Numbered from the stretch's first letter, positions 1 through 10,160 are shown. The stretch: DNA of 64,000 nucleotides from an uncultured Methanosarcinales archaeon (GCA_964362535.1 CAYIEN010000003.1:6018-70017), one strand, 5' to 3'. The notes: a model not told the origin generated them from the letters alone. Translations and numbers: made by a program.

Positions 1-433
1 CTGCCCAGACAAATACCATTCCTAACAAAATGTAAAATCCACCTAAGACTGCCGTCTTTGGAACACTATGCTCAACTAAAAATGTAACAACTGGCTCAAC
101 TGTGGCAAAACCGGTGATGTGTTGCTCGGCCCAATTGAACGCGTTCAGTTCTCCGAAAGCGCTGAATACTAATGCTAAGATTCCGGGAATAACAAGCATC
201 CAACCAACACTGCGGAACAATTTACTCATGCTTCCCGCAAGGAAACCCATAACGAGAATGCTTAACAGAATTAAGGCAACGCCGATGTAGAATCCATACG
301 GCGAATGAAGCCACGGCTTGACATGCAAATTCCACGCAGTACCTAAGACTCCCAACATCATACCGATGCCGGAGAAAAATCCCAAATGCGCGCCCGTGTG
401 CAACGTGCCGTGACTGAACAGTTTTTCAAGCAT
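1..433 (-). CDS. Multi-pass membrane protein of unknown function, truncated by the window edge
   Basis: Read by hand: ATG at 433, MLEKLFSHGTLHTGAHLGFFSGIGMMLGVLG..., open to base 1 with several hydrophobic segments. Not in the ORF track. Confidence 0.75.
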   Translation of the reverse strand, partial: MLEKLFSHGTLHTGAHLGFFSGIGMMLGVLGTAWNLHVKPWLHSPYGFYIGVALILLSILVMGFLAGSMSKLFRSVGWMLVIPGILALVFSAFGELNAFNWAEQHITGFATVEPVVTFLVEHSVPKTAVLGGFYILLGMVFVWA

Positions 434-531
434 TTTATGCCTTGATATTTGTCGATTAATAAACATTACGAGAGAAGGCAAGATTAGGGGATAATGGGGT
501 AAATTGAGAGTGAATGGTGACGAAAAATATC

Positions 532-636
532 TTAACAATCAGGCAAATCATGCACTTTCTGTTCAGGCAAACCCTCATCATACGCTAAGAGCTTTTCAAA
601 CGCTTCCTTGAGTTTGTCTTTCTTTACTTGCATCAT
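532..636 (-). CDS. Small 34-aa ORF coupled to sufU
   Basis: MMQVKKDKLKEAFEKLLAYDEGLPEQKVHDLPDC; its ATG overlaps the sufU stop (ATGA). Confidence 0.4.
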   Translation of the reverse strand: MMQVKKDKLKEAFEKLLAYDEGLPEQKVHDLPDC

Positions 637-1022
637 AACTCCTCAACCTCAGCGCCAAGCTTTTCGTACGCAGCCATCTTGATAACTTTCAAAGATAGTA
701 ATGCACACTTTAATCTAACGGGAGAAATCGGAATGCCTAACATCTTGAGAACGTCTTCTTTGGTGAGCTTCTTAACGTCTTCCAACGATTTACCTTCCAA
801 ATGCTCGGAAAGAAGCTCGGCACTAGCCTGCGAAATAGCACAGCCGTGACCGTCGTGCTTGAGCTGCGTGATGATTCCTTTGCTGACCGTGCCCGTGATT
901 TTAATCATGTCGCCACACAACGGATTCAAGTCTTTCGCCTCAATATCTGGCTCGGACAACGTGCCCTTGAATCGTGGATGACGGTAATAGTCCATGATGA
1001 TCTCAGGATACATCTCGCTCAT
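633..1022 (-). CDS. sufU: SufU/IscU-family Fe-S scaffold or sulfur-transfer protein
   Basis: NPLCGD, GCAISQASA and RLKCA motifs; follows sufS. Confidence 0.93.
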   Translation of the reverse strand: MSEMYPEIIMDYYRHPRFKGTLSEPDIEAKDLNPLCGDMIKITGTVSKGIITQLKHDGHGCAISQASAELLSEHLEGKSLEDVKKLTKEDVLKMLGIPISPVRLKCALLSLKVIKMAAYEKLGAEVEEL

Positions 1023-2218
1023 AACTTAAACACCTGCTTCGCCTTGACAAGCGCCTTGATGAACAAATCAATATCTTTCTTCGTCGAGTACAGCGCGATG
1101 CTGATTCTCGCCGCCGCGCCGATGTTGAGTTCGTGCATCAACGGCATACAGCAGTGATGGCCTGATCTAATTGCGATGTTGTCTTCGTCGACAACCGTCG
1201 CCAAATCATGCGAGTGAACGTCACCCAAATTGAAACTGATAACTCCTGAGCGTTCTTTCGGACCGTAAATAGTAACCCCCGAAACTGCCTGCATCTTTTC
1301 GTACGCATATGAGATGAGCTCTGCGTCATGCGCCGCGACCTTATCCATTCCAATTTTGTTGAGATAATTAATGGCTGCAGCCAAACCGATTGCTTCCGGA
1401 ATGGCGGGCGTGCCAGCCTCAAACTTCCACGGCACTGCGTTCCAACTTGATTTTTCCAGCGTGACTTCCTTAATCATGTCGCCGCCAAACAAAAACGGCT
1501 CCATCTTGTCAAGCAACTGCTTCTTCGCGTACAGAACGCCCACCGTCGGGGCGAACAATTTGTGACCGGAAAACACGAGAAAGTCAGCGTCCATATCCTT
1601 GACATCAATGGGAAGGTGCGGAATGCTTTGCGATGCGTCAACGAGAACCAATGTGCCGTGCTTGTGCGCTTCCGCGATTAATTCTTTGACGGGGTTGATT
1701 GTGCCCAGCACGTTTGAGACGTGCGTTACTGCGAGAATTTTTGGTTTCTTGGCCAGCAATTTCTTTGCCTCAACCAAATCCAGTGTGCCTTCTTTCGTGA
1801 TGGGAATAAACGAGAGTTTTGCGCCCGTTCGGTGCGCCAACGCCTGCCACGGAACGATATTGCTATGATGCTCTATAACGGTCGAGACGAGAAGGTCGCC
1901 CTTTTTGACGGCAAGATCGCCCCACGAACGACTCACCAGATTAATGGCTTCCGTCGCGTTTCTGACAAACACAATCTCGTTCGGCTGCGCCTTGATAAAG
2001 TCCGCAACGGTCTTTCTTGCTCCTTCGTACCACTCGGTCGCACGCGCACTCCATTGGTAAACTCCTCGATGCACGTTCGCGTTTGTCGTTTCAAGAAAAT
2101 GCTTAACTGTTTTCAGAACAATCTTCGGTTTTTGACTGGTCGCACCGCTATCTAAGTAGACAGTTTTGCTTTTCAAAATAGGAAAATCACTCCGCCACGA
2201 CTTACGCCAAAAGAACAT
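1019..2218 (-). CDS. sufS: Cysteine desulfurase, group II
   Basis: YLDSGATSQKP, SGHK PLP lysine, RSGHHC catalytic Cys. Start set at ATG 2218 behind a GAGGT SD. Confidence 0.95.
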   Translation of the reverse strand: MFFWRKSWRSDFPILKSKTVYLDSGATSQKPKIVLKTVKHFLETTNANVHRGVYQWSARATEWYEGARKTVADFIKAQPNEIVFVRNATEAINLVSRSWGDLAVKKGDLLVSTVIEHHSNIVPWQALAHRTGAKLSFIPITKEGTLDLVEAKKLLAKKPKILAVTHVSNVLGTINPVKELIAEAHKHGTLVLVDASQSIPHLPIDVKDMDADFLVFSGHKLFAPTVGVLYAKKQLLDKMEPFLFGGDMIKEVTLEKSSWNAVPWKFEAGTPAIPEAIGLAAAINYLNKIGMDKVAAHDAELISYAYEKMQAVSGVTIYGPKERSGVISFNLGDVHSHDLATVVDEDNIAIRSGHHCCMPLMHELNIGAAARISIALYSTKKDIDLFIKALVKAKQVFKL

Positions 2219-2801
2219 CAGGAACCTCAACTTCTTTACGGATTTCTTCCGGAAGCTCGTCCAACAACAAAAAACTGCGAATCAACAATTGGCGCGCTTC
2301 CTTCTCGGACAAACCTCTGGAGGTTAAATAAAAAACGTGTTCGGCATTCAATGGACGGACGGTTGACGCGTGACCTGCAGAAACATCATTTTCATCAATC
2401 TCCAAATTCGGCAACGTGTTCGCCCGCGCATCCACGCTGGCAAGCAACACGTGCTGTGACAATCGAGAGTCTGACTTACATGCGCCTCTCACTATTTTCA
2501 TATTACCAACAACATTCGCCTTTCCATTACCTGTGAGCACGCCACGGACGTCCACACACGCCGTGCTTTCCTCCGCGTTATTGACAACATTGCTCGTGAC
2601 ATCAAACGACTTGTCGCCAACAAACACCGTGAATTCACGATACACACTGCCCTTTCCTTCCAAACGGATGGTGCGCGTCGCGTTCGTGTCTTTCGTGAGC
2701 ACGCTGACAAACAAGAGTTTACCATTGACCGTAATATCATGGTTTTCTCCGTGGTCAATGATTGTTCTTGAGGTATTTGCAGGAACAACAATCGTTGTCA
2801 T
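2202..2801 (-). CDS. sufD: Short SufD-like protein
   Basis: [17 protein letters not shown] and [18 protein letters not shown], the SufBD C-terminal signatures. Confidence 0.88.
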   Translation of the reverse strand: MTTIVVPANTSRTIIDHGENHDITVNGKLLFVSVLTKDTNATRTIRLEGKGSVYREFTVFVGDKSFDVTSNVVNNAEESTACVDVRGVLTGNGKANVVGNMKIVRGACKSDSRLSQHVLLASVDARANTLPNLEIDENDVSAGHASTVRPLNAEHVFYLTSRGLSEKEARQLLIRSFLLLDELPEEIRKEVEVPDVLLA

Positions 2802-4210
2802 CCGACGCTACCTTCCATTTCTAATTCGATGAGTTTGTTGAGTTCAACCGCGTATTCCATGGGAAGTTCTTTGGTAAATTCGTTGATGAATCCGAGAACA
2901 ATCAACGCCTTTGCCTGCGCTTCGTTCAACCCGCGGCTCATCAAGTAAAAGATTTGGTCCTCATTGAGCTTTCCAACCGTCGCTTCGTGCGCAATACTGG
3001 CAGTTTCTTCCTCAATCTTCATCGTCGGATACGTGTCTGAACGTGACAATTCGTCGAGTAACAATGCGTCGCATTGGACCGTGCTGCTGACTCCCGTGCA
3101 TCCTTTTGCAACTCGGATAAGTCCTCTGTAGCTTGTTCTGCCGCCGTCCTTGCTCACTGATTTGGAGATGACTTGTGATTTTGTGTTTTTTGCTAAGTGA
3201 AGAATCTTTGTGCCCGCATCCTGATGCTGACCTTTGCCCGCGAACGCAATACTCAAGATGTTAGCTTTCGCGCCTTCGCCCTTCAAAATGACTGACGGGT
3301 ATTTCATCGTAAGTTTGCTTCCTAAGTTGCCGTCAATCCATTCGACCGTTGCAAATTCGTGGGCCAATGCTCGCTTTGTGACAAGATTGTAAACGTTACT
3401 GCTCCAGTTTTGGATGGTAACGTATCTTACGAATGCGTTTTTGTGTGCAATGACTTCGACAACCGCACCGTGCAACGAATCTGTGCTGTAAACGGGAGCC
3501 GTGCAGCCTTCGATGTACGTGACTGATGCACCTTCGTCAACGATGATGAGTGTTCGTTCAAATTGACCGACGTTCTTCGCGTTGATTCTGAAATAGGCTT
3601 GAAGAGGGAGGTTGACTTTGACGCCTTTCGGAATGTAAATAAATGAGCCACCGCTCCAAAACGCGGTGTTCAAAGCAGCGAACTTGTTGTCGCCTGACGG
3701 AACAACGCTGGCGAAATACTTCTGTACTAACTCTGGCTGTTGCTTCAATGCAGTGTCCATGTCAAGGAAAATAACACCTTGCTTTGCAAGGTCTTCATTC
3801 AGCTTGTGGTAAACCGTCTCGGATTCGTACTGCGCGCCGACGCCGCCCAAGAATTTCTTTTCTGCTTCCGGAATACCCAAACGGTCGAACGTGTTTTTGA
3901 TGTCTGCCGGAACGTCATCCCACGAATGCTCGGTCTTTTCGTTCGGCTTGAGATAGTAAGTGATTTTGTCATAATCAATTTTGGTTAAGTCTCCGCCCCA
4001 CATCGGCGTCGGCTTGTTCACGAAAATCTTGAGCGCTTCCAAACGCTTGTTCAGCATCCAGGCAGGCTCGTTCTTCTGTTTTGAGATTTCTCTTACGACG
4101 TCTTCAGACATTCCTTGCTTCGTTCGAAACACTGCTGTTTCTGCATCGTGAAAACCATACTTTTCCTCATACGACGCGTTAACTGATTGAAGTTCTGTGT
4201 TCTGACTCAC
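2798..4210 (-). CDS. sufB: Fe-S cluster assembly protein SufB
   Basis: [39 protein letters not shown]. Confidence 0.97.
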   Translation of the reverse strand: MSQNTELQSVNASYEEKYGFHDAETAVFRTKQGMSEDVVREISKQKNEPAWMLNKRLEALKIFVNKPTPMWGGDLTKIDYDKITYYLKPNEKTEHSWDDVPADIKNTFDRLGIPEAEKKFLGGVGAQYESETVYHKLNEDLAKQGVIFLDMDTALKQQPELVQKYFASVVPSGDNKFAALNTAFWSGGSFIYIPKGVKVNLPLQAYFRINAKNVGQFERTLIIVDEGASVTYIEGCTAPVYSTDSLHGAVVEVIAHKNAFVRYVTIQNWSSNVYNLVTKRALAHEFATVEWIDGNLGSKLTMKYPSVILKGEGAKANILSIAFAGKGQHQDAGTKILHLAKNTKSQVISKSVSKDGGRTSYRGLIRVAKGCTGVSSTVQCDALLLDELSRSDTYPTMKIEEETASIAHEATVGKLNEDQIFYLMSRGLNEAQAKALIVLGFINEFTKELPMEYAVELNKLIELEMEGSVG

Positions 4211-4950
4211 ACCGGAACCTCATGCAGCCACGCATACCCTTGCTTTTCGAGCTTTGTTGGCAAGGTTGCGTCGCCTGATTGCGCTATCTTTCCGTCAATC
4301 AAGACATGCACGTGGTCAGGCTTCAAGTGTTCAAGAATTCTGTTGTAGTGCGTGATGACTAAACTGCCGAACGTCGGACTTCTGAGCGTGTTGACCGCGT
4401 GCGCGACGAGTTTCAAGCTGTCAATGTCCAAGCCAGAGTCTGTTTCGTCCAAGACGGCGATTGTAGGTGCGCTGAGCAAGAGCTGCATGATTTCCACACG
4501 CTTCTTTTCTCCGCCAGACAAACCAACATTTAATGCGCGGTCACCGAAACCTTGCGGCAAACCAACCAATTCAAACGCGTTTGCTAACGCTCGTTGGAAT
4601 TCAATTGCCTTCGAATTCGGATGTGTGGCTTTGTACAGCGTAAACAAGAAACTTCGCATTGCGAGACCGGGGATTTCGACTGGGTGCTGGAACGCCAAGA
4701 AGAGACCGAGTTTTGCACGTTCGTCAGGGCTTAATTCGAGAATAGACTTGCCGTCGTAGAGAATGTCTCCACTGGTGACTTCATAACCGGGATGACCTGC
4801 GATGACGTAGCTGAGCGTACTCTTGCCCGAGCCATTCGGACCCATCAGTGCGTGAATCTCGCCCGGCTTAATTGTTAGGGTGAGTCCTTTGAGGATTGCT
4901 TTACCATGCGCGCTGACGTGCAAATTCTTGATTTCAAGTGTTTTGTTCAT
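4207..4950 (-). CDS. sufC: Fe-S cluster assembly ABC ATPase SufC
   Basis: [30 protein letters not shown]. Confidence 0.97.
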   Translation of the reverse strand: MNKTLEIKNLHVSAHGKAILKGLTLTIKPGEIHALMGPNGSGKSTLSYVIAGHPGYEVTSGDILYDGKSILELSPDERAKLGLFLAFQHPVEIPGLAMRSFLFTLYKATHPNSKAIEFQRALANAFELVGLPQGFGDRALNVGLSGGEKKRVEIMQLLLSAPTIAVLDETDSGLDIDSLKLVAHAVNTLRSPTFGSLVITHYNRILEHLKPDHVHVLIDGKIAQSGDATLPTKLEKQGYAWLHEVPV

Positions 4951-5017
4951 ATGTGCGACCTTTTCGTAGTTAGTTTGATTAGTTCTTTTTTGCGCCCGTC
5001 GCGCTTAAGTAAAAAAA

Positions 5018-5593
5018 TTAAGCGAAAGACTTACCGCAGCCACAGCTTGATTTTGCGTTCGGATTTTCGATTTTGAAACCGGAACCATGCAGGCCATCAA
5101 CGTATTCAACCGTTGCGCCGTTCAACATGTCAAGACTGTCCTTGCTCATGAAAACATTCATGCCGTGCTTCATCAACACAATATCGCCGTCTTTGGCAGC
5201 GTTGTCGAAGTCCATCGAATAGCTGTAACCCGAACAACCGCCTGGAACAACCTCAATACGGAAACCGTAACCTTCCTTGCCTTCAGCCTTTGCAAATTCT
5301 TTCAATTTTGCAGCAGCCTTTTCGGTGACGATGACGTCGCTTGCGATAGGAGTTTTGACCGCTTCGGTTTTCTTTGCGTGTTTTAATTCAACCGCTTCAT
5401 TCATTTCTTTGACCATTTGTTCGATGTCTTCTTCCGACATGCCATGGCCCTTCGCGCCTTGCTCAACGGAGTCCATGCTTGCGCCGTGACAGCCGAAGCA
5501 ATGTAAGCCACGCTCGGCCATAACCATAACTGCTTCCGGATGCTTGTTAGCCAAATCCTGAATGTTCATATCCTTTGTAATTGCTTGCGTCAT
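5018..5593 (-). CDS. A-type Fe-S carrier (IscA/SufA/ErpA family) with an N-terminal DUF1858-like CxxC domain
   Basis: C-terminal GGCSGYSY and NPNAKSSCGCGKSF; N-terminal ITKDMNI..KHPEA..GLHCFGC..GAKGHG. Start moved to ATG 5593 to avoid overlapping the upstream gene. Confidence 0.9.
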   Translation of the reverse strand: MTQAITKDMNIQDLANKHPEAVMVMAERGLHCFGCHGASMDSVEQGAKGHGMSEEDIEQMVKEMNEAVELKHAKKTEAVKTPIASDVIVTEKAAAKLKEFAKAEGKEGYGFRIEVVPGGCSGYSYSMDFDNAAKDGDIVLMKHGMNVFMSKDSLDMLNGATVEYVDGLHGSGFKIENPNAKSSCGCGKSFA

Positions 5594-5594
5594 A

Positions 5595-5960
5595 TTACCC
5601 TCCAAAACACGTGTCGCAGTCTTTACCGACATTCGCGACTTTGTGATGAATTTTACACGTTGCTTTTGATTTAACCATACTCGCCAAAATAAGTTGGACT
5701 TCGTAAATAAAGTGCTGCTGATCCGTGATTTTGTTTGCTGCTTTAATGACACTCTCTTTGACCGTCACGTCGAGCTCAATTGTTGAGGCTCGTTTATCGC
5801 TTAAATATTGACTGATGGCTGATTCAGTAACGCCCATCACTTTCGCAATCTTTGTCTGCGACCACTTCAAGACTTTGAACGCCTTCGCGAACTCACGTCT
5901 TAATGCAGGCAAGATGTAAAACACCTCAACTTCCTGCGGATGAAGCAGCTTAATTCCCAT
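5595..5960 (-). CDS. HTH transcriptional regulator with a C-terminal Cys/His cluster; first gene of the suf operon
   Basis: ILPALRREFA..WSQTKIAKVMGVTESAISQYLSDKRA HTH; C-terminal CKIH-x9-CDTC. Confidence 0.88.
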   Translation of the reverse strand: MGIKLLHPQEVEVFYILPALRREFAKAFKVLKWSQTKIAKVMGVTESAISQYLSDKRASTIELDVTVKESVIKAANKITDQQHFIYEVQLILASMVKSKATCKIHHKVANVGKDCDTCFGG

Positions 5961-5962
5961 AA

Positions 5963-5991
5963 CTTTACTATGGTTAAGAAGGGTATATAAA
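5963..5991 (-). promoter_or_regulatory. TATA box and imperfect inverted repeat (candidate operator) for the suf operon
   Basis: Minus-strand TTTATATA about 24 nt before the ATG; CTTTAC-N4-GTTAAG at 5963-5978. Confidence 0.55.
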
Positions 5992-6023
5992 GATTGTGGA
6001 TGTTGATTTATGAGAAAAGAAAT

Positions 6024-6527
6024 TTATTTACTCGTAACCAACTTCCATGACTTGACAAATCCCGGTGCGTAGAGTTCGGGATGCTTCTTGACGTCTGCAG
6101 TTAACCAACTTACTTTTACCCACTTACCCTGCTTGACTTCCTTGCTTTTTGGTGAGGGTTTGTGATTCGGATTTGCAACAATAAAGATTGCGATTCTGGT
6201 GCGGTGCGTCGGTTCCTCACACAGAACGTGGTCAACAGACATGAGCTCTTTCTCTTCTAGCTTGACTCCGAGCTCTTCCTTCGCTTCTCTGATGATTGCC
6301 TTCACTTCGGATTCGCCATGGTCAACATGCCCCGAACATGAACCTTCCCACTTGCCCGGCTGAATGTCTTTGGTCAACGAACGTTGCTGAATGTAGACCT
6401 CGCCCTTCTTGAACAAGAACACTCGCACAACCGGATGCAACAGCTTCTTCTGGTGCGCATCATCACGAGTAACTGTTCTTAGAATAGTCCCGTTACTGTC
6501 AATAACGTCAACACGCTCCTTTTTCAT
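6024..6527 (-). CDS. NUDIX hydrolase (IDI type 1-like subfamily)
   Basis: Nudix box GHVDHGESEVKAIIREAKEELG; LLH..V..QQRS..K..PGKW. Confidence 0.88.
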   Translation of the reverse strand: MKKERVDVIDSNGTILRTVTRDDAHQKKLLHPVVRVFLFKKGEVYIQQRSLTKDIQPGKWEGSCSGHVDHGESEVKAIIREAKEELGVKLEEKELMSVDHVLCEEPTHRTRIAIFIVANPNHKPSPKSKEVKQGKWVKVSWLTADVKKHPELYAPGFVKSWKLVTSK

Positions 6528-6572
6528 GAAATTCTCTGAACGTTTTGACTTTTTAAGAGTTGTGTATTGTTT

Positions 6573-7433
6573 TTAAGTGCAGTTTTCTGAGCAGGATTCT
6601 TCTTTGAGATTTGGTACAGACACAACATTTTTTGCGTACATGGTAGGCAAATGTTTTGGCGTAAAAATATATTGAACGAGTAAGAAGGAATTGTAAGGTT
6701 CAGGCGTTATTTGGCGTGCCGAAATTACTCCGTATGCAGGCGCTTGATGATAGGGTTTATTAGTTCTATCCTCAAGTGTAATTAGTTCATTTGAGTAGTA
6801 AATTGTTTCTAATGGAGGTTTTACGATTCCAAAGGTTTCAACTTTAAATCTCACTATTTCCCCGGGCTCATAAAATTCTTTATCAAAAGTTACATTAATT
6901 CCACTGAATACGAAAAAAATGATGATTGTGAATGCATAAATGAGCACTAATCCCCAAAAAAGAAGGCAGGACTTTATAATGAGCGGATATATTGCGTTAT
7001 TTTTTAATTTATTAAATAGAAGAGGTGCCGCCGTATGCAAATAAATAAGAGTGGAGGTAAACGTGAAAATGAAAAACAACCAAATATTTAAAATAGCAAA
7101 AACTGCAATGTTCAACAAAACATATAATCCGAAACTCATCACTCCAAGTAAAAAATCAGGGTGGTAAAAACTAACTAAAAGGTCATTTTCTTGTTCTTTG
7201 TTTGTGCTGTGTGTTTTAAGTAGAGGAAATAGCACTGCAACCCAAGCAACAAGACAACATGAAAGTAGAATAGTCGTAATTACTGCAATAATTGAAATTA
7301 AATCTGAGACTGGAGGAGGATAGGTAGATTTTGAAATTTTAAACAAAAATGTTCCAAGGATGAAAATAAGTGTTGAAATCGTGCCAAAAATGGCTGATAA
7401 TTTTCCATTATGTGAATCATTCTCGGAATTCAT
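6573..7433 (-). CDS. Hypothetical multi-pass membrane protein, AT-rich
   Basis: 286-aa ORF with about five hydrophobic segments and a soluble C-terminus; starts 7 nt after rpsJ. Confidence 0.7.
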   Translation of the reverse strand: MNSENDSHNGKLSAIFGTISTLIFILGTFLFKISKSTYPPPVSDLISIIAVITTILLSCCLVAWVAVLFPLLKTHSTNKEQENDLLVSFYHPDFLLGVMSFGLYVLLNIAVFAILNIWLFFIFTFTSTLIYLHTAAPLLFNKLKNNAIYPLIIKSCLLFWGLVLIYAFTIIIFFVFSGINVTFDKEFYEPGEIVRFKVETFGIVKPPLETIYYSNELITLEDRTNKPYHQAPAYGVISARQITPEPYNSFLLVQYIFTPKHLPTMYAKNVVSVPNLKEESCSENCT

Positions 7434-7439
7434 TCAGAA

Positions 7440-7754
7440 CTATCCCGCATCGATCATTTCGATTTCGATGTTAAGGCCTTCGGGAATGGGTACTTTCATA
7501 ACAAGTCTTAATGCGCGTTCGTCAATGCCCAAATCAACAAGTCGCTTGTGAATACGCATTTCAAAACGTTCCCACGTGGCAGAACCGTCGCCACACGGGC
7601 ATCTTCGCGTCGCCATTCGCAACTTCTTCGTCGGAAGAGGAATCGGACCACGAATCTCCACACCAGTCTTATCAGCAATGTCTTTGATGTAAGAACAGAC
7701 TTGATTTAACTTGTCAATGTCAGTGCTTGCCAGCTTGATTCTTGCTTTTTGCAT
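7440..7754 (-). CDS. rpsJ: 30S ribosomal protein uS10
   Basis: [31 protein letters not shown]. Confidence 0.97.
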   Translation of the reverse strand: MQKARIKLASTDIDKLNQVCSYIKDIADKTGVEIRGPIPLPTKKLRMATRRCPCGDGSATWERFEMRIHKRLVDLGIDERALRLVMKVPIPEGLNIEIEMIDAG

Positions 7755-7825
7755 GGGTGTGTGGATGGTGACGCTCGCCTCACCATCAAGGGCACTCGTA
7801 AATGAAAATTAATAATAAAAAATAC

Positions 7826-9109
7826 TTACATTTCTTTCTTAACAAGGTCAATACAGATGCCTGCTGCAACCGTGCTGCCCGAGTCTCGGATTGCGAAGCG
7901 CGACATTTGCGGAATGTCCTTGTTCTTTTCAATACACAACGGCTGCATCGGCTTAAACTTCACGATTGCGGCATCGCCGTTCTTGATAAAGTCAGGGTGT
8001 TCCTGCATTGTTTCGCCCGTTGCCGGGTTAAGCTTCTTCACGATTTCCATAACCTGACATGCAACTTGTGCAGTGTGGATGTGGAAAACCGGAGTGTAGC
8101 CAACCGTGATGACTGACGGGTGGTTCATGACGATAATCTGCGCCGTGAACTCCGTAGCAACCGTCGGAACGCTTGCCGGGTGACCAAGAACGTCTCCTCT
8201 TGCCAAGTCCTTCTTTTCCGGACCTCGCAAGTTGAAACCAACGTTGTCACCAGGTTCTGCTTCGGTAACGACTTCATGGTGCATTTCGATGCTCTTGACT
8301 TCGCCCATCACTCCCTTGCCTTCACGGCCAGGAACGATGATGACCTTGTCACCAGCCTTCAAAATACCACATTCAATCTTACCAACAGGAACAAGACCGA
8401 TACCGGTAATGCTGTAAACGTCCTGCAAAGGCAATCGCAACGGCAAGTTTGTAGGCTTGACCGGAAGCGTCAACATGTCCAATGCTTCAAGCAATGTCGG
8501 ACCCGTATACCATGCCATGTTCGGAGACTTCTTGACGATGTTTTCGCCAAGGAACGAAGCGGCCGGAATGATCTTGACATTCTCAACTTTGTAACCTGTT
8601 GCCTTGAGCAAGGTTTCAACTTGAGCCTTCGTTGCGTTGAACTTGGCCTGGTCGTACTTGTTCAAGTCTTGCTTGTTGCAAAGAACAACAAGTTGCTGAA
8701 CGCCGAAAGTCTTACACAATCGTGCGTGTTCGATAGTCTGTGCCTGAACTCCTTCAGAACCAACGAGCAAAACTGCCGCGTCAGCCTGGGATGCACCGGT
8801 GATCATGTTCTTGATAAAGTCACGGTGTCCCGGAGCGTCGATAATGGTGAAGTCGTACTTCGGAGTTGAGAACTTCTTGTGGCTCAAGTCGATAGTAACT
8901 CCTCGTTCTCTTTCTTCCTTGAGGTTGTCCATGACGAAAGCGAATTCGAAACCGCCCTTACCCATCGATTCTGCCAATTCCTTCAACTTTCGCATTTCTT
9001 GTTCAGGAACTGCGCCAGCGTCGAACAACAGTCGTCCGACTGTCGTGGACTTTCCGTGGTCGACGTGACCAACGAAAACAACGTTCATGTGCGGTTTTGC
9101 TTTTGCCAT
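7826..9109 (-). CDS. tuf: Translation elongation factor aEF-1 alpha
   Basis: [42 protein letters not shown]. Confidence 0.98.
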   Translation of the reverse strand: MAKAKPHMNVVFVGHVDHGKSTTVGRLLFDAGAVPEQEMRKLKELAESMGKGGFEFAFVMDNLKEERERGVTIDLSHKKFSTPKYDFTIIDAPGHRDFIKNMITGASQADAAVLLVGSEGVQAQTIEHARLCKTFGVQQLVVLCNKQDLNKYDQAKFNATKAQVETLLKATGYKVENVKIIPAASFLGENIVKKSPNMAWYTGPTLLEALDMLTLPVKPTNLPLRLPLQDVYSITGIGLVPVGKIECGILKAGDKVIIVPGREGKGVMGEVKSIEMHHEVVTEAEPGDNVGFNLRGPEKKDLARGDVLGHPASVPTVATEFTAQIIVMNHPSVITVGYTPVFHIHTAQVACQVMEIVKKLNPATGETMQEHPDFIKNGDAAIVKFKPMQPLCIEKNKDIPQMSRFAIRDSGSTVAAGICIDLVKKEM

Positions 9110-9175
9110 AGTATGATACCCCTCCTTATGATTATAAGGTAATCAGAGGGGGAAATGGGGGGTTTATAAAGCTAT

Positions 9176-9296
9176 CGTTCGCGCTTTCATAAAGCGCGCC
9201 CAAAGTCCTCCTCGTTCACGCTCCGGAACCGATGAGACAAAACGCTCGCTTCGCGATCGTGAAAAAGACTGTTCCCTCGCGCTCACGAAGTCGGAC
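9176..9296. repeat. GC-rich imperfect palindromic element (REP/MITE-like)
   Basis: Hairpin CGCGCTTT-cat-AAAGCGCG; nested arms GTCC/GGAC and GGAAC/GTTCC. Confidence 0.5.
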
Positions 9297-9349
9297 GAGT
9301 TGTCATTTCATTTCCCTTATTTTTTCGGGTGACCTGCTGGTAACGAAAC

Positions 9350-9658
9350 TTACTTTTTATCTGCTTTTTCTTCCCGAATCATGATTTTCGCAACGACAAA
9401 TACGACCAAACCAATGATGATAAAGTTAATCAGAGCGCCCGCGAACGCGCCAGTCCCGAGAACAACTTTACCAATCGTGAAAGTCGCTTCCTGCCAGCCG
9501 CCTGCGGGAATAAACGGAGTAATAATAGGCATCACGATGTTGTTGACTAAGGATTGCACCAATGCAGTTGCTGCACTGCCCATGACGAACGCAATCGCCA
9601 AACCCATCACTTTGTGCTCGTTCAAAAACGCATAGAACGCAAAAAACATTTTTTTCAT
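9350..9658 (-). CDS. mscL: MscL-family mechanosensitive channel
   Basis: VMGLAIAFVMGSAATALVQSLVNNIVMP; GAFAGALINFIII. Confidence 0.88.
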   Translation of the reverse strand: MKKMFFAFYAFLNEHKVMGLAIAFVMGSAATALVQSLVNNIVMPIITPFIPAGGWQEATFTIGKVVLGTGAFAGALINFIIIGLVVFVVAKIMIREEKADKK

Positions 9659-9662
9659 AACG

Positions 9663-10109
9663 TCACCCCGTCACTCTGACGACAACCGCTTTATTGTGCT
9701 TGATTAAGTCAGCAGGATTCACTTTGATTAACGCTTTATCAGAACCGCCGCCCGCCCAGCAAAACGGCATGTCTTTGAGTTTAATATCAGCAACAAATTT
9801 TGCTGCGAAGCCTGTCGGAGGAACTCCCCCGACAGGATAGCCTGTTCTTGCAACAACTTCTTCCAGCTTTGCCATTCTGACACCATCGATTTTCAAGTTG
9901 AGACCGAAGCGTGCCATTGAGATACGGTCGTCCCCTCTCACAAGAACTGCATAGAGGTCGTTTTTGCTGTCAATGAAAATGATTGTTTTAACAACCTCAT
10001 TCGGAGGATGCGGACCGTTCATAACATTACCCACAACCATCGGAAACTCCTTCAGCTCGAACGGAATGTTATGTTGCGTAAGATAATCTTTGAGCTTTTG
10101 GACGGTCAT
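9663..10109 (-). CDS. YbaK/EbsC aminoacyl-tRNA deacylase family protein
   Basis: VVKTIIF, TGYPVGGVPP, WAGGGS. Confidence 0.88.
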   Translation of the reverse strand: MTVQKLKDYLTQHNIPFELKEFPMVVGNVMNGPHPPNEVVKTIIFIDSKNDLYAVLVRGDDRISMARFGLNLKIDGVRMAKLEEVVARTGYPVGGVPPTGFAAKFVADIKLKDMPFCWAGGGSDKALIKVNPADLIKHNKAVVVRVTG

Positions 10110-10160
10110 TGCGGTTTTTTGTTTCACCGCATTTAAATACCTTTGTGCCTTAGCAAGTTT

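Noticed and set aside
5594..5752. N-terminal extension of the A-type carrier ORF
   Set aside because: Overlaps the regulator in another frame; ATG 5593 has a GGAGG SD.
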